A DNA stretch of 64,000 nt from Syntrophales bacterium (GTDB lineage: Bacteria; Desulfobacterota; Syntrophia; Syntrophales; UBA2210): assembly GCA_963662405.2 (NCBI GenBank), contig CAXXKT010000002.1, positions 224,001 to 288,000 of the forward strand, written 5' to 3'. The position numbers were made by a program, and so were the translations under genes. Below the pieces are notes generated by a model. It made no database searches, was not told the origin of the DNA, and worked only from the letters and a program-made list of their open reading frames with translations. How positions within the stretch are numbered: position 1 is the first letter of the stretch; the number at the start of each line of letters is the position of its first letter. Of the stretch, positions 18,865 to 28,913 are shown one piece after another.

Positions 18865-20187
18865 ATGAAACCGATTGTTGCAATCGTGGGCAGACCGAAT
18901 GTGGGGAAGTCCACCCTTTTTAATCGTCTGTCAGAGACGAAGAGGGTCATCGTCATCGACCAACCGGGTGCCACACGAGACCGGAATTATGCGGACTCAC
19001 TCTGGAACGGCAGGGTCTTTATGATCATCGATACGGGAGGATTCGAACCCGTCTCGACCGAACAGATGCTGGTACAGATGCGCGAGCAGACAAACCTCGC
19101 CATCGAAGAAGCCGACGCCATCATCTTCCTGCTGGACGGGCGGCATGGCCTGACCCCAGCAGATATCGAGATTACGCAGATCCTCCGGAGGACGAAGAAG
19201 CCGGTCTTCTACACCGTCAATAAGATCGACAATCTCCGCCAGGAGGATCTGGCTCTTGATTTCTACCGGCTGGGGATCGAACGGCTTTATTCCATATCAT
19301 CCCAACACGGACTCGGGGTCGGTGATCTTCTGGATGATGTCGTCGAGTGCCTCCCCGCTGAGTCCTCAGCTCCGGAAGAAAAGGAAGAGCGGATACGGAT
19401 AGCGGTCATTGGCAAGCCGAATGTCGGTAAATCCTCACTTGTCAATAAAATCCTCGGCTACGAGCGGACGATCGTCAACCCAACCCCCGGAACGACAAGG
19501 GATGCCATCGACACCTCCTTTGACCTGAACGGCAGAAAATACCTCTTCATAGACACAGCTGGAATTCGCAAGAAGAGCAAGATCAGTCTGCAACTCGAGA
19601 AATACAGCGTACTCGAGGCAATCAAGACGCTCAGCCGCTGCGATATCGCCCTCATGATGATCGATGCACAGGAGGGTGTCACCGATCAGGACACAAAGAT
19701 CGCCGGTCTGGCATATGAGCGAGGGGTTGCCTGTATCGTCCTCCTCAACAAATGGGACCTGCTCGAAAAGGACAACACCACGATCGGCACATATGTACGG
19801 CACGTCAAAGACAGCCTCAAGTATCTGGATTTCGCCCCCATTACTTCCATCTCGGCCCTGACCGGGCAGCGGGTGACCAAGGTGTTCGATCTTATCGATA
19901 CCGTCTACGGACAATACTCACAGCGGGTTTCCACCTCCCTCCTGAATAAGAAACTGGAGGAGTTCACGGCGAAGCTTTCCCCCCCGCGCTATCGCAACAG
20001 GCCCAACAAGATACACTACGCAACGCAGATATCCGTCAAGCCCCCTACATTCGTTTTCTTCGTTCGAGAACCGAAGGGAGTCCACTTTTCCTATGAACGG
20101 TATCTCGCTAACAGGATTCATGAGGAGCTGGGATTCGAGAACACTCCCCTGCGTATCATATTCAGGAAAAAAGGAAAGGAACGTTGA
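18865..20187 (+). CDS. der: Ribosome biogenesis GTPase Der
   Basis: Two tandem G domains (GRPNVGKST and GKPNVGKSS). Confidence 0.97.
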   Translation: MKPIVAIVGRPNVGKSTLFNRLSETKRVIVIDQPGATRDRNYADSLWNGRVFMIIDTGGFEPVSTEQMLVQMREQTNLAIEEADAIIFLLDGRHGLTPADIEITQILRRTKKPVFYTVNKIDNLRQEDLALDFYRLGIERLYSISSQHGLGVGDLLDDVVECLPAESSAPEEKEERIRIAVIGKPNVGKSSLVNKILGYERTIVNPTPGTTRDAIDTSFDLNGRKYLFIDTAGIRKKSKISLQLEKYSVLEAIKTLSRCDIALMMIDAQEGVTDQDTKIAGLAYERGVACIVLLNKWDLLEKDNTTIGTYVRHVKDSLKYLDFAPITSISALTGQRVTKVFDLIDTVYGQYSQRVSTSLLNKKLEEFTAKLSPPRYRNRPNKIHYATQISVKPPTFVFFVREPKGVHFSYERYLANRIHEELGFENTPLRIIFRKKGKER

Positions 20188-20199
20188 GGAAAAGGCGTC

Positions 20200-21370
20200 A
20201 TGAACCGTACACGACCATTTCTGCTGATACTGTCCCTGCTGCTGATCACGGTGATTCCTTCGTTCGCCCGTGGAGAAGAAACGCCCGGACCGATCAGGAT
20301 CGGTGTCTATCTCCCCATGACCGGTCCCCTGGCCCCCCGTGGGCAGGCCGAGTATGCCGGGATTGAGATCGCACATGGGATGTCCCCCACCGTTTTGGGG
20401 AGAGAGGTCGAACTCCTGCTGGTCGACACGGCCCCGGAAGATGCGGAAACTGCCGATACCGTCACGCATCTGATCGACGATACAACGGTGTGCGCCCTGA
20501 TCGGAGAACCGGTGGGGAAGAACGCTCTTTCTGGAACCGTCGCTGCGGAGAGATCCGGAAAGCCGACCATTATCCCCACCTTCTCGCATTTCCCGCCGGC
20601 GAAAGGAAAACGATACGTATTCCCGATCGGGCTGACCGACCCCCTTGAGGTAAAAACCGTCGCACGGTACGCCTCCGACCGACTCAAGGCAAAAAAAAGC
20701 GGCCATCCTCATGGATATCAACAGAGACACTTCCATGAACCGTGCCAACATCTTTATGAAACACTTTAGGGGAATAGGTGGAAGGGTGGTCGCAATAGCC
20801 TATTGCCGGACGGGGGACACGGTCTTCGCCACCCAACTCTCATATATCATAACGACAAAACCGGATATTCTGTACCTGCCGCTCTCGTCCCCCGAAATCA
20901 CTCTCGTCTGTGGGCAGACCGCTGAAATGGGGCTGAATGTCCCTATGATCACCTCCGGCAACTTACACGTTCCGGCGCTGATTGAGGCGGGCGGAAGCGC
21001 CCTGGAGGGGGTCATGCTCCCCGGCGTTTTTGACCAAGCCATTCCCGCCGCCGACCAGAACGACCTGACCGCCGCCTACGTAGACCGATATGAAAAGGAA
21101 ACGGGGGGTGAGGCGGGGCACTTTGACGTACTGGGGGCCGACGCCTATCTCCTGCTGATAGATGCCATCCGGAGGGCTGATTCAACAGCGGGGCCACAGA
21201 TAAGAAAGGCGCTTGCGACAACCACCGATTTCCGGGGGATATCAGGTCGCATCGCGGTCAATGAAGAGGGCGATGTATTGAGGGATATCATCCTGCTCAA
21301 GGTCCAAGAGGAGAAGTTTCAATACCTGGAAACGGTATCCCCTGTGCCGGAGAAGATGCAAGACGACTAA
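20200..21370 (+). pseudogene. Branched-chain amino acid ABC substrate-binding protein (LivK-like), split by a +1 frameshift
   Basis: ORFs 20200-20769 and 20711-21370 join if the A8 run at 20691-20698 is read as A7 (..LKAKKAAILMDIN..). May be a sequencing error. Confidence 0.8.
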
Positions 21371-22074
21371 AAACCGAGATATGCCTTTTTGACTTCTTCG
21401 TTTACCAGAAGATTTTCAGAAGAATCCGCAAGTGTTATGCACCCGTTTTCCATGACGTAGCCACGGTTTGCCGCCTTCAAAGCCAGATTCGCGTTTTGTT
21501 CCACAAGAAAGATCGTTGTGTTATTTTCTTGGTTGATCTTTTTCACGATCTCAAATATCTGCTTGACGATCAGGGGTGCAAGCCCCAGAGAAGGCTCGTC
21601 GAGAAGGAGAAGTTTGGGCCGTGCCATAAGCGCCCGGGATATGGCCAGCATCTGTTGCTCTCCTCCGCTCAGTGTCCCACCCGCCTGATGACGCCGTTGT
21701 GCAAGGATGGGGAAAAGTTCAAAGGCATATTCCATATCTCTCTTAATCTGTGCCTTATCCTTTCTCAGGAAGGCCCCCATATCGAGGTTCTCCATCACCG
21801 ACAGATAGGGGAAAATTCGGCGCCCCTCCGGTACTTGGCAGATACCGAGGGAAACGATCCTGTCGGGGTCCATATGGGTGATCGGTTGATCCATAAACAC
21901 AATCTCACCGAATCGCGGGGGGACAATACCGCAAATGGCCATGAGCGTCGTGCTTTTCCCGGCACCGTTCGCACCGATAAGGGTGACAATCTCCCCCTCG
22001 GCGATCTCAATGGTGACGTCCTTCAGGGCCTGGATATTTCCGTAGAAGGTCTGTACTCTCCGAAGCTTAAGCAT
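21367..22074 (-). CDS. livF: BCAA ABC transporter ATP-binding protein
   Basis: GANGAGKST, VPEGRRIF and LSGGEQQMLAI motifs. Confidence 0.95.
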   Translation of the reverse strand: MLKLRRVQTFYGNIQALKDVTIEIAEGEIVTLIGANGAGKSTTLMAICGIVPPRFGEIVFMDQPITHMDPDRIVSLGICQVPEGRRIFPYLSVMENLDMGAFLRKDKAQIKRDMEYAFELFPILAQRRHQAGGTLSGGEQQMLAISRALMARPKLLLLDEPSLGLAPLIVKQIFEIVKKINQENNTTIFLVEQNANLALKAANRGYVMENGCITLADSSENLLVNEEVKKAYLGF

Positions 22075-22858
22075 CAGCTTCCTCCCCAAGATAGGCCTTG
22101 ATCACGGCAGGGTTGTTGCGTATTTCCTCCGGGGTTCCCTGCGCGATCTTTCTCCCGTAGTCCACGACAAATATCCGGTCGGACAGGCTCATGACGAGTT
22201 TCATGTCATGCTCTATCAGGAGTATCGATATGCCCTCCTGATCACGAATTCGTTTGATCAGGTCATCGAGTTCCCGTGTCTCAATCGGATTCATCCCTGC
22301 GGCGGGTTCGTCCAGGAGGAGAAGAAAAGGATCCGTGGCCATCGCCCGTGCTATCTCGAGGCGTCTCTGCGCCCCGTAGGGAAGATTCTTCGCAAACTCA
22401 TTGACAAAGGGATCAAGACCGATCTTCTCGAGAATGCGATAGCTGTCACGCACCACCTGCTTCTCTTCCCTGAGGGTCGATTTCCCTCTCAAGACGGCCC
22501 CCACCACCCCCGCACGCATCCTGCAGTGGCGTCCGATCATCACATTTTCGAGTACCGTCATGCTCGGGAAAAGGCGAATGTTCTGGAAGGTTCGCGCCAG
22601 GCCTTTTTCCGTTACCTTGTTCGGCTTCAGACCATTGATTCTTTTTGGTTTTTCATCCCGCCCTCCCGAGATGAGAATATCCCCTTCGGTAGGGGCATAT
22701 ATCCCCGTAATACAATTGAAAAAGGTCGTCTTTCCCGCGCCATTGGGGCCGATCAGCGCAACAATCTCATGTCTGCCCACATCCAGATCTACGGCATCCA
22801 GGGCTCGTAGACCTCCGAAATTCATACCAAGGTTTTGAACCTTCAGCACCTGGTCCAT
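22067..22858 (-). CDS. livG: BCAA ABC transporter ATP-binding protein
   Basis: GPNGAGKTT, ARTFQNIRLF, LPYGAQRRLEIA and DEPAAG motifs. Confidence 0.95.
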   Translation of the reverse strand: MDQVLKVQNLGMNFGGLRALDAVDLDVGRHEIVALIGPNGAGKTTFFNCITGIYAPTEGDILISGGRDEKPKRINGLKPNKVTEKGLARTFQNIRLFPSMTVLENVMIGRHCRMRAGVVGAVLRGKSTLREEKQVVRDSYRILEKIGLDPFVNEFAKNLPYGAQRRLEIARAMATDPFLLLLDEPAAGMNPIETRELDDLIKRIRDQEGISILLIEHDMKLVMSLSDRIFVVDYGRKIAQGTPEEIRNNPAVIKAYLGEEADA

Positions 22859-22864
22859 ATTTCG

Positions 22865-24091
22865 TTAACCCTTTTCGACGTCCGTGATACCCTCAAATTT
22901 ATATATGCGACGGACGTTGGGGATCAGTCCTCCGGGACGAAAGACCATCATCACGACGAGAACAACCCCAAATGCCAGCATCCGAAATTCGGAGAAGGCA
23001 CGCAGGTACTCCGGCATGAGTATCAAAACAAGAGCCCCCGCAATGACGCCGACAATCGATCCCATCCCCCCCAGTACAACGATACAGAGGATGATGATCG
23101 ACTCCCAAATAGTGAAGCTCGCCGGGTTGACAAAGGTCGTCTTCGCCGCAAAGACCACACCGCTCATCCCCGCCCATGTCGCCCCGAGAGCGAATGCCGT
23201 TAACTTTGTTTTTGCCTTATCGATTCCCATCGCCTGGCAGGCGATCTCGTCTTCTCGGAGGGCGATCCAGGCCCTGCCGATCCTTGAGTCCTGCAAGCGA
23301 TTGACGACAAAGATCGTCAGGAGACACAAGCAGATCATAATATAGTATACATATATCGTGGCATCGTGTACCGATAGGTCCATCCCCAACAGGGACGGGC
23401 GGGGGATATTCGATATGCCGCTGGGTCCGAATGAAAATGCATTCCAATTTTCCAGGATAATGCGGATGATCTCGCCGAACCCCAGGGTCACGATGGCAAG
23501 GTAGTCACCGCGGAGCCGGAGCACGGGAAAGCCCAGCATGATACCGAACAAGGCCCCCAGCGCCGCCCCGACGGGAAGCACCATCCAGAAGCTGAGACCG
23601 AAGTGATAATTGAGGAGGGCATAGGCATACGCCCCCACCGCGTAAAAGGCGACGTACCCCAGATCGAGGAGCCCCGCCAGGCCGACAACGATATTGAGCC
23701 CCAATCCCAGCATAATGTAAATCAGGGCCGATATGAGAATGTTGGTCTGGTAGAGTGAGAACAGAAAGGGGAAAAAAAGCGTGAATACCCCGGCAAGTAC
23801 GAATAATGGACGGGATATCCTCTTATTTCCCAAGAGGCGTTGCGCCAGGGGGACAGTATCCTCCCCCTCTCCTTCTTCCGCCTCCCGGGCACCCATCTCC
23901 TTGCGACACATGAAATAATGCCAGACAAGGGAGAGGAAAAAACTTCCGATACCGACGAGGAGCATATTCATCCATCGCCACTCCACGATACGTTCCACGG
24001 GATTGACGCGGATCACCATAATCGGAAAGGTCAGGAACATGAACCATATCGATACGAGAATGGCTTTTTTTATCTGATCAAAGGGAATCAA
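22865..24091 (-). CDS. livM: BCAA ABC transporter permease
   Basis: GLAGLLDLGYVAFYAVGAY and LRLRGDYLAIVTLGFGEI motifs. Confidence 0.95.
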   Translation of the reverse strand: MIPFDQIKKAILVSIWFMFLTFPIMVIRVNPVERIVEWRWMNMLLVGIGSFFLSLVWHYFMCRKEMGAREAEEGEGEDTVPLAQRLLGNKRISRPLFVLAGVFTLFFPFLFSLYQTNILISALIYIMLGLGLNIVVGLAGLLDLGYVAFYAVGAYAYALLNYHFGLSFWMVLPVGAALGALFGIMLGFPVLRLRGDYLAIVTLGFGEIIRIILENWNAFSFGPSGISNIPRPSLLGMDLSVHDATIYVYYIMICLCLLTIFVVNRLQDSRIGRAWIALREDEIACQAMGIDKAKTKLTAFALGATWAGMSGVVFAAKTTFVNPASFTIWESIIILCIVVLGGMGSIVGVIAGALVLILMPEYLRAFSEFRMLAFGVVLVVMMVFRPGGLIPNVRRIYKFEGITDVEKG

Positions 24092-24118
24092 TGTAACTTC
24101 CTGTTTCCAGTATCCGCC

Positions 24119-25021
24119 TTACACCTTGTGCTGATCAGTCCGGCCCAGGATTCCGGCTGGTCTGAAGATCAGGATCAACACCAGGAACAGAAAGGCAAAC
24201 ACATCTTCATAATCACTCGACACGTACCCGGTTGCGAAGCTCTCGGTCCATCCCAAGACAAAGCTCCCGAGAACGGCGCCGGGCACACTTCCGATACCTC
24301 CCAGGACCGCGGCGACAAACGCCTTGATCCCCGCGATAAAGCCGATATAAAAGTTGACCATCCCGATATGAGAAGCTATCAGGACCCCCCCTATCGCCGC
24401 GGTCGCCGATCCGACGACAAAGGTGACGGAGATGACGCGGTTGACATTGATCCCCACGAGCATCGACATCGTCTTGTCCTGCGAGGCCGCCCGCATCGCC
24501 TTACCCATATTGGTAAATTTTATCAGTATAGTCAGAAGGATCATGACAATGGCCGTCGTTATGAGAATGACGATCTCCGTCGAACCGATGATGTGCGCAT
24601 AGGGCTCCATGAACTCAAAATCGGGGATCAGGTTTGGAAAAGGCAGAAAATCCGATGTCTGGGCCAGGAGCACGTAATTCTGAAGGAAAAGAGACATCCC
24701 GATGGCGCTGATCAGGGCGGAGAGACGGGGCGCGTTCCGGAGGGGCTTGTAGGCGATCTTCTCGACGGTATAGCCGTAAGCACTCGAATATATCACGGCA
24801 ATAACACCCGCTATCACGAGAATGGCAATCGTATTCATCCCCATCAAGGTCAGGACCGATATGACGATCAGGGCCGTAAAAGCGCCGATCATGTAGATTT
24901 CACCATGGGCAAAATTAATCAACTCAATGATGCCGTAGACCATGGTATAGCCGAGGGCGATCAATGCGTAGATGCTCCCGCGGGTCAGCCCGCCCAGAAA
25001 CAACTCAAGAAAATAATCCAT
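24119..25021 (-). CDS. livH: BCAA ABC transporter permease
   Basis: YALIALGYTMVYGIIELINFAHGE and KAFVAAVLGGIGS motifs. Confidence 0.95.
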   Translation of the reverse strand: MDYFLELFLGGLTRGSIYALIALGYTMVYGIIELINFAHGEIYMIGAFTALIVISVLTLMGMNTIAILVIAGVIAVIYSSAYGYTVEKIAYKPLRNAPRLSALISAIGMSLFLQNYVLLAQTSDFLPFPNLIPDFEFMEPYAHIIGSTEIVILITTAIVMILLTILIKFTNMGKAMRAASQDKTMSMLVGINVNRVISVTFVVGSATAAIGGVLIASHIGMVNFYIGFIAGIKAFVAAVLGGIGSVPGAVLGSFVLGWTESFATGYVSSDYEDVFAFLFLVLILIFRPAGILGRTDQHKV

Positions 25022-25075
25022 TGCAACTCACTTTTTTTTACGCTTTGATCGGGTCCCTTCGGGTCGGCGCACAGC

Positions 25076-25112
25076 AAAACCGGGGGGGCAGACCCTTGCA
25101 GTCTCCCCCCCG
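25076..25112 (-). terminator. Stem-loop between livK and livH
   Basis: CGGGGGGG.AGAC/GTCT.CCCCCCCG inverted repeat with a short T4 tail; typical position for a post-SBP hairpin. Confidence 0.6.
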
Positions 25113-25151
25113 ATCCTGAGAAATATGTAATTGTTCAGTGCACCGGCTCTG

Positions 25152-26284
25152 CTATTTTACCTCAACGTATACGCCGTCCTTCACCTGATAAATGGAGAAT
25201 CCGATCCCGATGGCATCCCCTTTCTCGTCAAACTTGATCTTTCCCAAGGGCGTCTCGACATATTCAGTCTTCAGCGCCTGTGAGACCTTTTCATAATCGG
25301 TTCGATCCCGCCTTCTCAATCGCATTGAGCAGGGCCTGCGTGGCGGCATAGGCATTCAGGAAGAACGCTCCCGGATCGGTGCCGTACGCCTCTTTGTGCG
25401 CCTCATTGGCGGCGATAGCCAGGGGATTCTTCGAGGTATCTCTTGGTCCGGTTGCATAGACGCCCTCCGCGTACTTACCGGCCACCTTGATAAAGGTATC
25501 GTCCTTCACCCCGTCATCGGAAACAAAAGCGGTTTTCATTCTCTTTTTACGCATCTGCATGACGATCTTCGACGCCTCGGGATGGTATCCACCGAATATC
25601 ACGGCGTCCGCCTTGAAGCGTCTGATCTTCTGAACCACCGCCGAATAGTCGACGGCGCCCCGGCGTGACCCCTTCGTAGAGGACTACTTCGGCCCGGGGA
25701 TCTTTTTCGATGAAGCCTTTCGCGAATTCCGCCAGACCTTTGCCGTAATCACCCTTGTCATGCAGGACGGCAATCTTTTTGGCCTTCAGGACGTTGAGCG
25801 TATAGTCCACCTCGAGTCGAGCCTGGGCATCATCCGAGGCGATCGTCCGGTAAAAATTGGGGTACTCACCGCTCTGCGTCAGCGGCGGGTTGGTGGCGGA
25901 CGGCGACATGCAGATGATGTTCTCGGCCTTGTATATGGCGAGAGCTGCCTTGGTCGCACCGCTACAGATGTGCCCCATGACGACATCAACCTCCTGAGAA
26001 AGCAGCTTGGTGGCCGTGTTCGTGGCAACTTCCGGTTTGCAGACATCATCTTCCACAAGAAGTTCCACCTCTTTCCCCAGGATTCCCCCCTTTGCGTTGA
26101 TATCCTGGACGACAAGCTCGGCGGCCTTTACAGAGGGGATACCGTAGGAAGCAAGATCGCCGCTATGGGCCCCGGCGACACCCAGTTTTATTGTATCTGC
26201 TGCGATTCCTGCACCGGCCGTTGCGAATATCCCACAGAGCATAACGATCACAGCCAAAAACGTCCTTCCACAATGGCTTTTCAT
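25152..26284 (-). pseudogene. livK: BCAA ABC substrate-binding protein with two +1 frameshifts
   Basis: Three ORF pieces join after removing one C from 25658-25661 (YEGVTPG|AVDYSAVVQK) and one T from 25301-25302 (IEKAGS|TDYEKV). Confidence 0.85.
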
Positions 26285-26329
26285 AGTCCCCTTTATCCTC
26301 CTCGTTAGTTTAGTGCCACAAATCGTTTT

Positions 26330-26358
26330 TTCATAACGGAATATTGACGCCAAGTCAA
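26330..26358 (-). promoter_or_regulatory. Putative sigma70 promoter of the liv operon with overlapping TTGAC-N5-GTCAA palindrome
   Basis: Minus strand TTGACT-17 nt-TATGAA; inverted repeat at 26344-26358. Confidence 0.45.
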
Positions 26359-26415
26359 GCTACGTTCCACCAAAAAGAATGCACCATCCATGATAAGACC
26401 GGTTCCCGGTTTCCC

Positions 26416-26601
26416 CTAAAAGCGGAAGAAAAAATCCAGAAACGGGTCGTCAAACCGGCGCTGCGTCTTCTTAAATCGATAGCTGATAGAGGTTATCCCT
26501 ATCCCGATCAGGATCAGTACAGATGCCACGATAATCGACAAGAGCGGGGGATAGACGGCTATGAGTATACCGGCCACAATAAATATGATTCCCAAGACCA
26601 T
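26416..26601 (-). CDS. Small membrane protein (DUF3096-like)
   Basis: Two helices with AGILIAVYPPLLSIIVA; GAGGTG RBS. Confidence 0.7.
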   Translation of the reverse strand: MVLGIIFIVAGILIAVYPPLLSIIVASVLILIGIGITSISYRFKKTQRRFDDPFLDFFFRF

Positions 26602-26614
26602 TTTATTATCACCT

Positions 26615-27808
26615 CTATTTCAGAGCATTGACAGCTTCCCTGATACGTTCCAAGCCCTGTTGAATATTTTCCATTGACGTCGCATACGAGAGGCGTATGT
26701 GGATATCACTGCCGAAGGCCACGCCGGGAACAACAGCAATGTTGGCGGCATCGAGGAGATATTCCGCAAAAGATGCCGAACCGGTTATGGCGGAATCACC
26801 GTACCGCCCCCCGTACAATGCGGACACATTGGGGAAAACATAAAAGGCACCCTCGGGATTGAAACAGCTCACACCGGCCATGCCGTTCAGTTTACCAACA
26901 ATATAATTTCGTCTCTGTGCAAAGGCCTCAACCATCTCATCTACGGCGACCTGCTCACCATTAAGCGCCTCAACCGATGCCTTTTGAGAGATCGACGTCG
27001 GGTTCGACGTATTCTGGCTCTGGATCTTCGCCATCGCCGCGATGATCTCTTCGGGTCCTGCGGCATACCCGATCCGCCACCCCGTCATGGCATAGGCCTT
27101 CGAAACGCCATTGACAACGATCGTACGATTTTTTGCCTCCTCGCTGGCCATGGCAATACTGGAAAAGGAGAATCCGTTGTACAGGATCTTCTCATAGATC
27201 TCATCTGAAATGACGAGTACGTCCTTCCTGATGATGACTTCCGAAAGGGCCTTCAGTTCCTCAAAGGTATAGGTGGCACCGGTCGGATTGGAGGGACTGT
27301 TCAGGACGAGCGCCTTTGTTCGCTCCGTAATCATCTCTTCGAGCCGCTCGGGGGTGACCTTGAACCCGTCCTCCTCCCGCGTTTCGAGAATCACGGGCGT
27401 CCCCCCCGCCAGCAGGACGATATCGGGATAGGATACCCAGAAGGGAGAAGGGATGATCACCTCATCACCCTCTTCAATCAGTGCCTGCACGAGGTTATAG
27501 AGGGAATGCTTTGCACCGCATGAGACAACGATCTGTTCTCTGCCGTAGGCAAGTCCGTTGTCACGCTGAAGCTTTTCGATAATAGCATCCTTCAACTCAG
27601 GAATGCCCCCCACCGGGGTATACCGGGTAAATCCTTCTTGTATCGAGTCAATGGCCGCTTTTTTTATGTTGGCAGGTGTATCAAAATCGGGTTCTCCCGC
27701 ACCAAAACTGATCACGTCCCGCCCCTCCGCGCGGAGGGCGTTCGCCTTCGCGGTGATGGCAAGCGTCGGCGAAGGCTGTATTCGTCCTACCCGTTGCGCA
27801 AGTTTCAT
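26615..27808 (-). CDS. Aspartate aminotransferase (class I PLP)
   Basis: GAGEPDFDTP, LNSPSNPTG, SDEIY and SKAYAMTGWRIGY motifs. Confidence 0.92.
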   Translation of the reverse strand: MKLAQRVGRIQPSPTLAITAKANALRAEGRDVISFGAGEPDFDTPANIKKAAIDSIQEGFTRYTPVGGIPELKDAIIEKLQRDNGLAYGREQIVVSCGAKHSLYNLVQALIEEGDEVIIPSPFWVSYPDIVLLAGGTPVILETREEDGFKVTPERLEEMITERTKALVLNSPSNPTGATYTFEELKALSEVIIRKDVLVISDEIYEKILYNGFSFSSIAMASEEAKNRTIVVNGVSKAYAMTGWRIGYAAGPEEIIAAMAKIQSQNTSNPTSISQKASVEALNGEQVAVDEMVEAFAQRRNYIVGKLNGMAGVSCFNPEGAFYVFPNVSALYGGRYGDSAITGSASFAEYLLDAANIAVVPGVAFGSDIHIRLSYATSMENIQQGLERIREAVNALK

Positions 27809-27838
27809 AATCTCTCCCCTCTCTTTTTCCTTCTCCCG

Positions 27839-28348
27839 CTACTCCGCTGAACTGCTGTCGGTATTCAAACCGGGAAACTTCTCCTTGAGCTTCCTTAAAA
27901 CGACTCCGGGGACCATCCCCTCCACCGACCCACCCAACCCGGCAGCCTCTTTGACAATCCCCGAATTGCAGTAGAACCACCGCGCACCGGTCATCAGGAA
28001 AACGGTCTCTAATTCCCGGTTGAGCCTCCTGTTGATGAGGGCCAGCTGAAACTCGTACTCAAAATCAGACATCGCCCGCAGGCCCCTGAGGATACATTGA
28101 GCCTCTGATTTTTCCACGTAATCCACCAGGAGTCCGGAAAATGAATCAACCTCAACCCGGGGGTTGTCACCAAGCGCCTCCTTGATCATGGCAATCCTCT
28201 CCTCCACCGAAAAAAGCGTCTTTTTGTTCGGATTGAGACCAATTGTCACAATAATCTTATCGAAAACCCCCAGACCTCGGTGGATAATATCCATATGCCC
28301 GTTCGTTACAGGATCAAATGAACCAGGATAAACCGCCACATTTCCCAT
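27839..28348 (-). CDS. coaD: Phosphopantetheine adenylyltransferase
   Basis: YPGSFDPVTNGH and RGLRAMSDFEYE motifs. Confidence 0.97.
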   Translation of the reverse strand: MGNVAVYPGSFDPVTNGHMDIIHRGLGVFDKIIVTIGLNPNKKTLFSVEERIAMIKEALGDNPRVEVDSFSGLLVDYVEKSEAQCILRGLRAMSDFEYEFQLALINRRLNRELETVFLMTGARWFYCNSGIVKEAAGLGGSVEGMVPGVVLRKLKEKFPGLNTDSSSAE

Positions 28349-28361
28349 TCTTCGTCCTCCC

Positions 28362-28910
28362 TCAAATCCTCAATTCCAAAAATGATAAACCCGTATCGCC
28401 ATACCGTCTCTGATCTACTACGGTGAAGATATCACCGGAAGTTACCTCCTCCCGCCAGGAATGCTCCACAACGAGGGTACCTCCCTCCGTGAGTAGACCA
28501 TCTATCCCGGGCAGGCCAAGAAGCTCGGATACCACCCCCCTGTCATAGGGAGGATCGGCAAAGACGATATCAAACCTCTCTTTTCGCGCCCCCAGGAGGT
28601 GAACCCCTCGCTGCGCGGAGGTGATCAGGATTTCGCTCGAATCTTCGTACCCGCACAACCTGAGGTTCTTCTCAAGGACGCCTGCATGGAGGGGCTCTCT
28701 TTCGACAAAGACGGCTTCCATACCACCCCTGCTCAGGGCCTCGATACCCACGCTCCCCGTACCGGCAAAGACATCGAGAAATCGCATCGCCTCCATGGGG
28801 GGAAGGATGTCAAAGAGCGACTCTCTCACCCGGTCGGAGGTTATCCTGATCCGGTCGCTCTTGGGCGCATATATCGTTCTGCCCCGTGCCCATCCTCCCG
28901 TTACCCTCAT
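28362..28910 (-). CDS. rsmD: 16S rRNA m2G966 methyltransferase
   Basis: DRVRESLF, DVFAGTGSVGIEALSRG and DPPY motifs; adjacent to coaD. Confidence 0.93.
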   Translation of the reverse strand: MRVTGGWARGRTIYAPKSDRIRITSDRVRESLFDILPPMEAMRFLDVFAGTGSVGIEALSRGGMEAVFVEREPLHAGVLEKNLRLCGYEDSSEILITSAQRGVHLLGARKERFDIVFADPPYDRGVVSELLGLPGIDGLLTEGGTLVVEHSWREEVTSGDIFTVVDQRRYGDTGLSFLELRI

Positions 28911-28913
28911 GAA

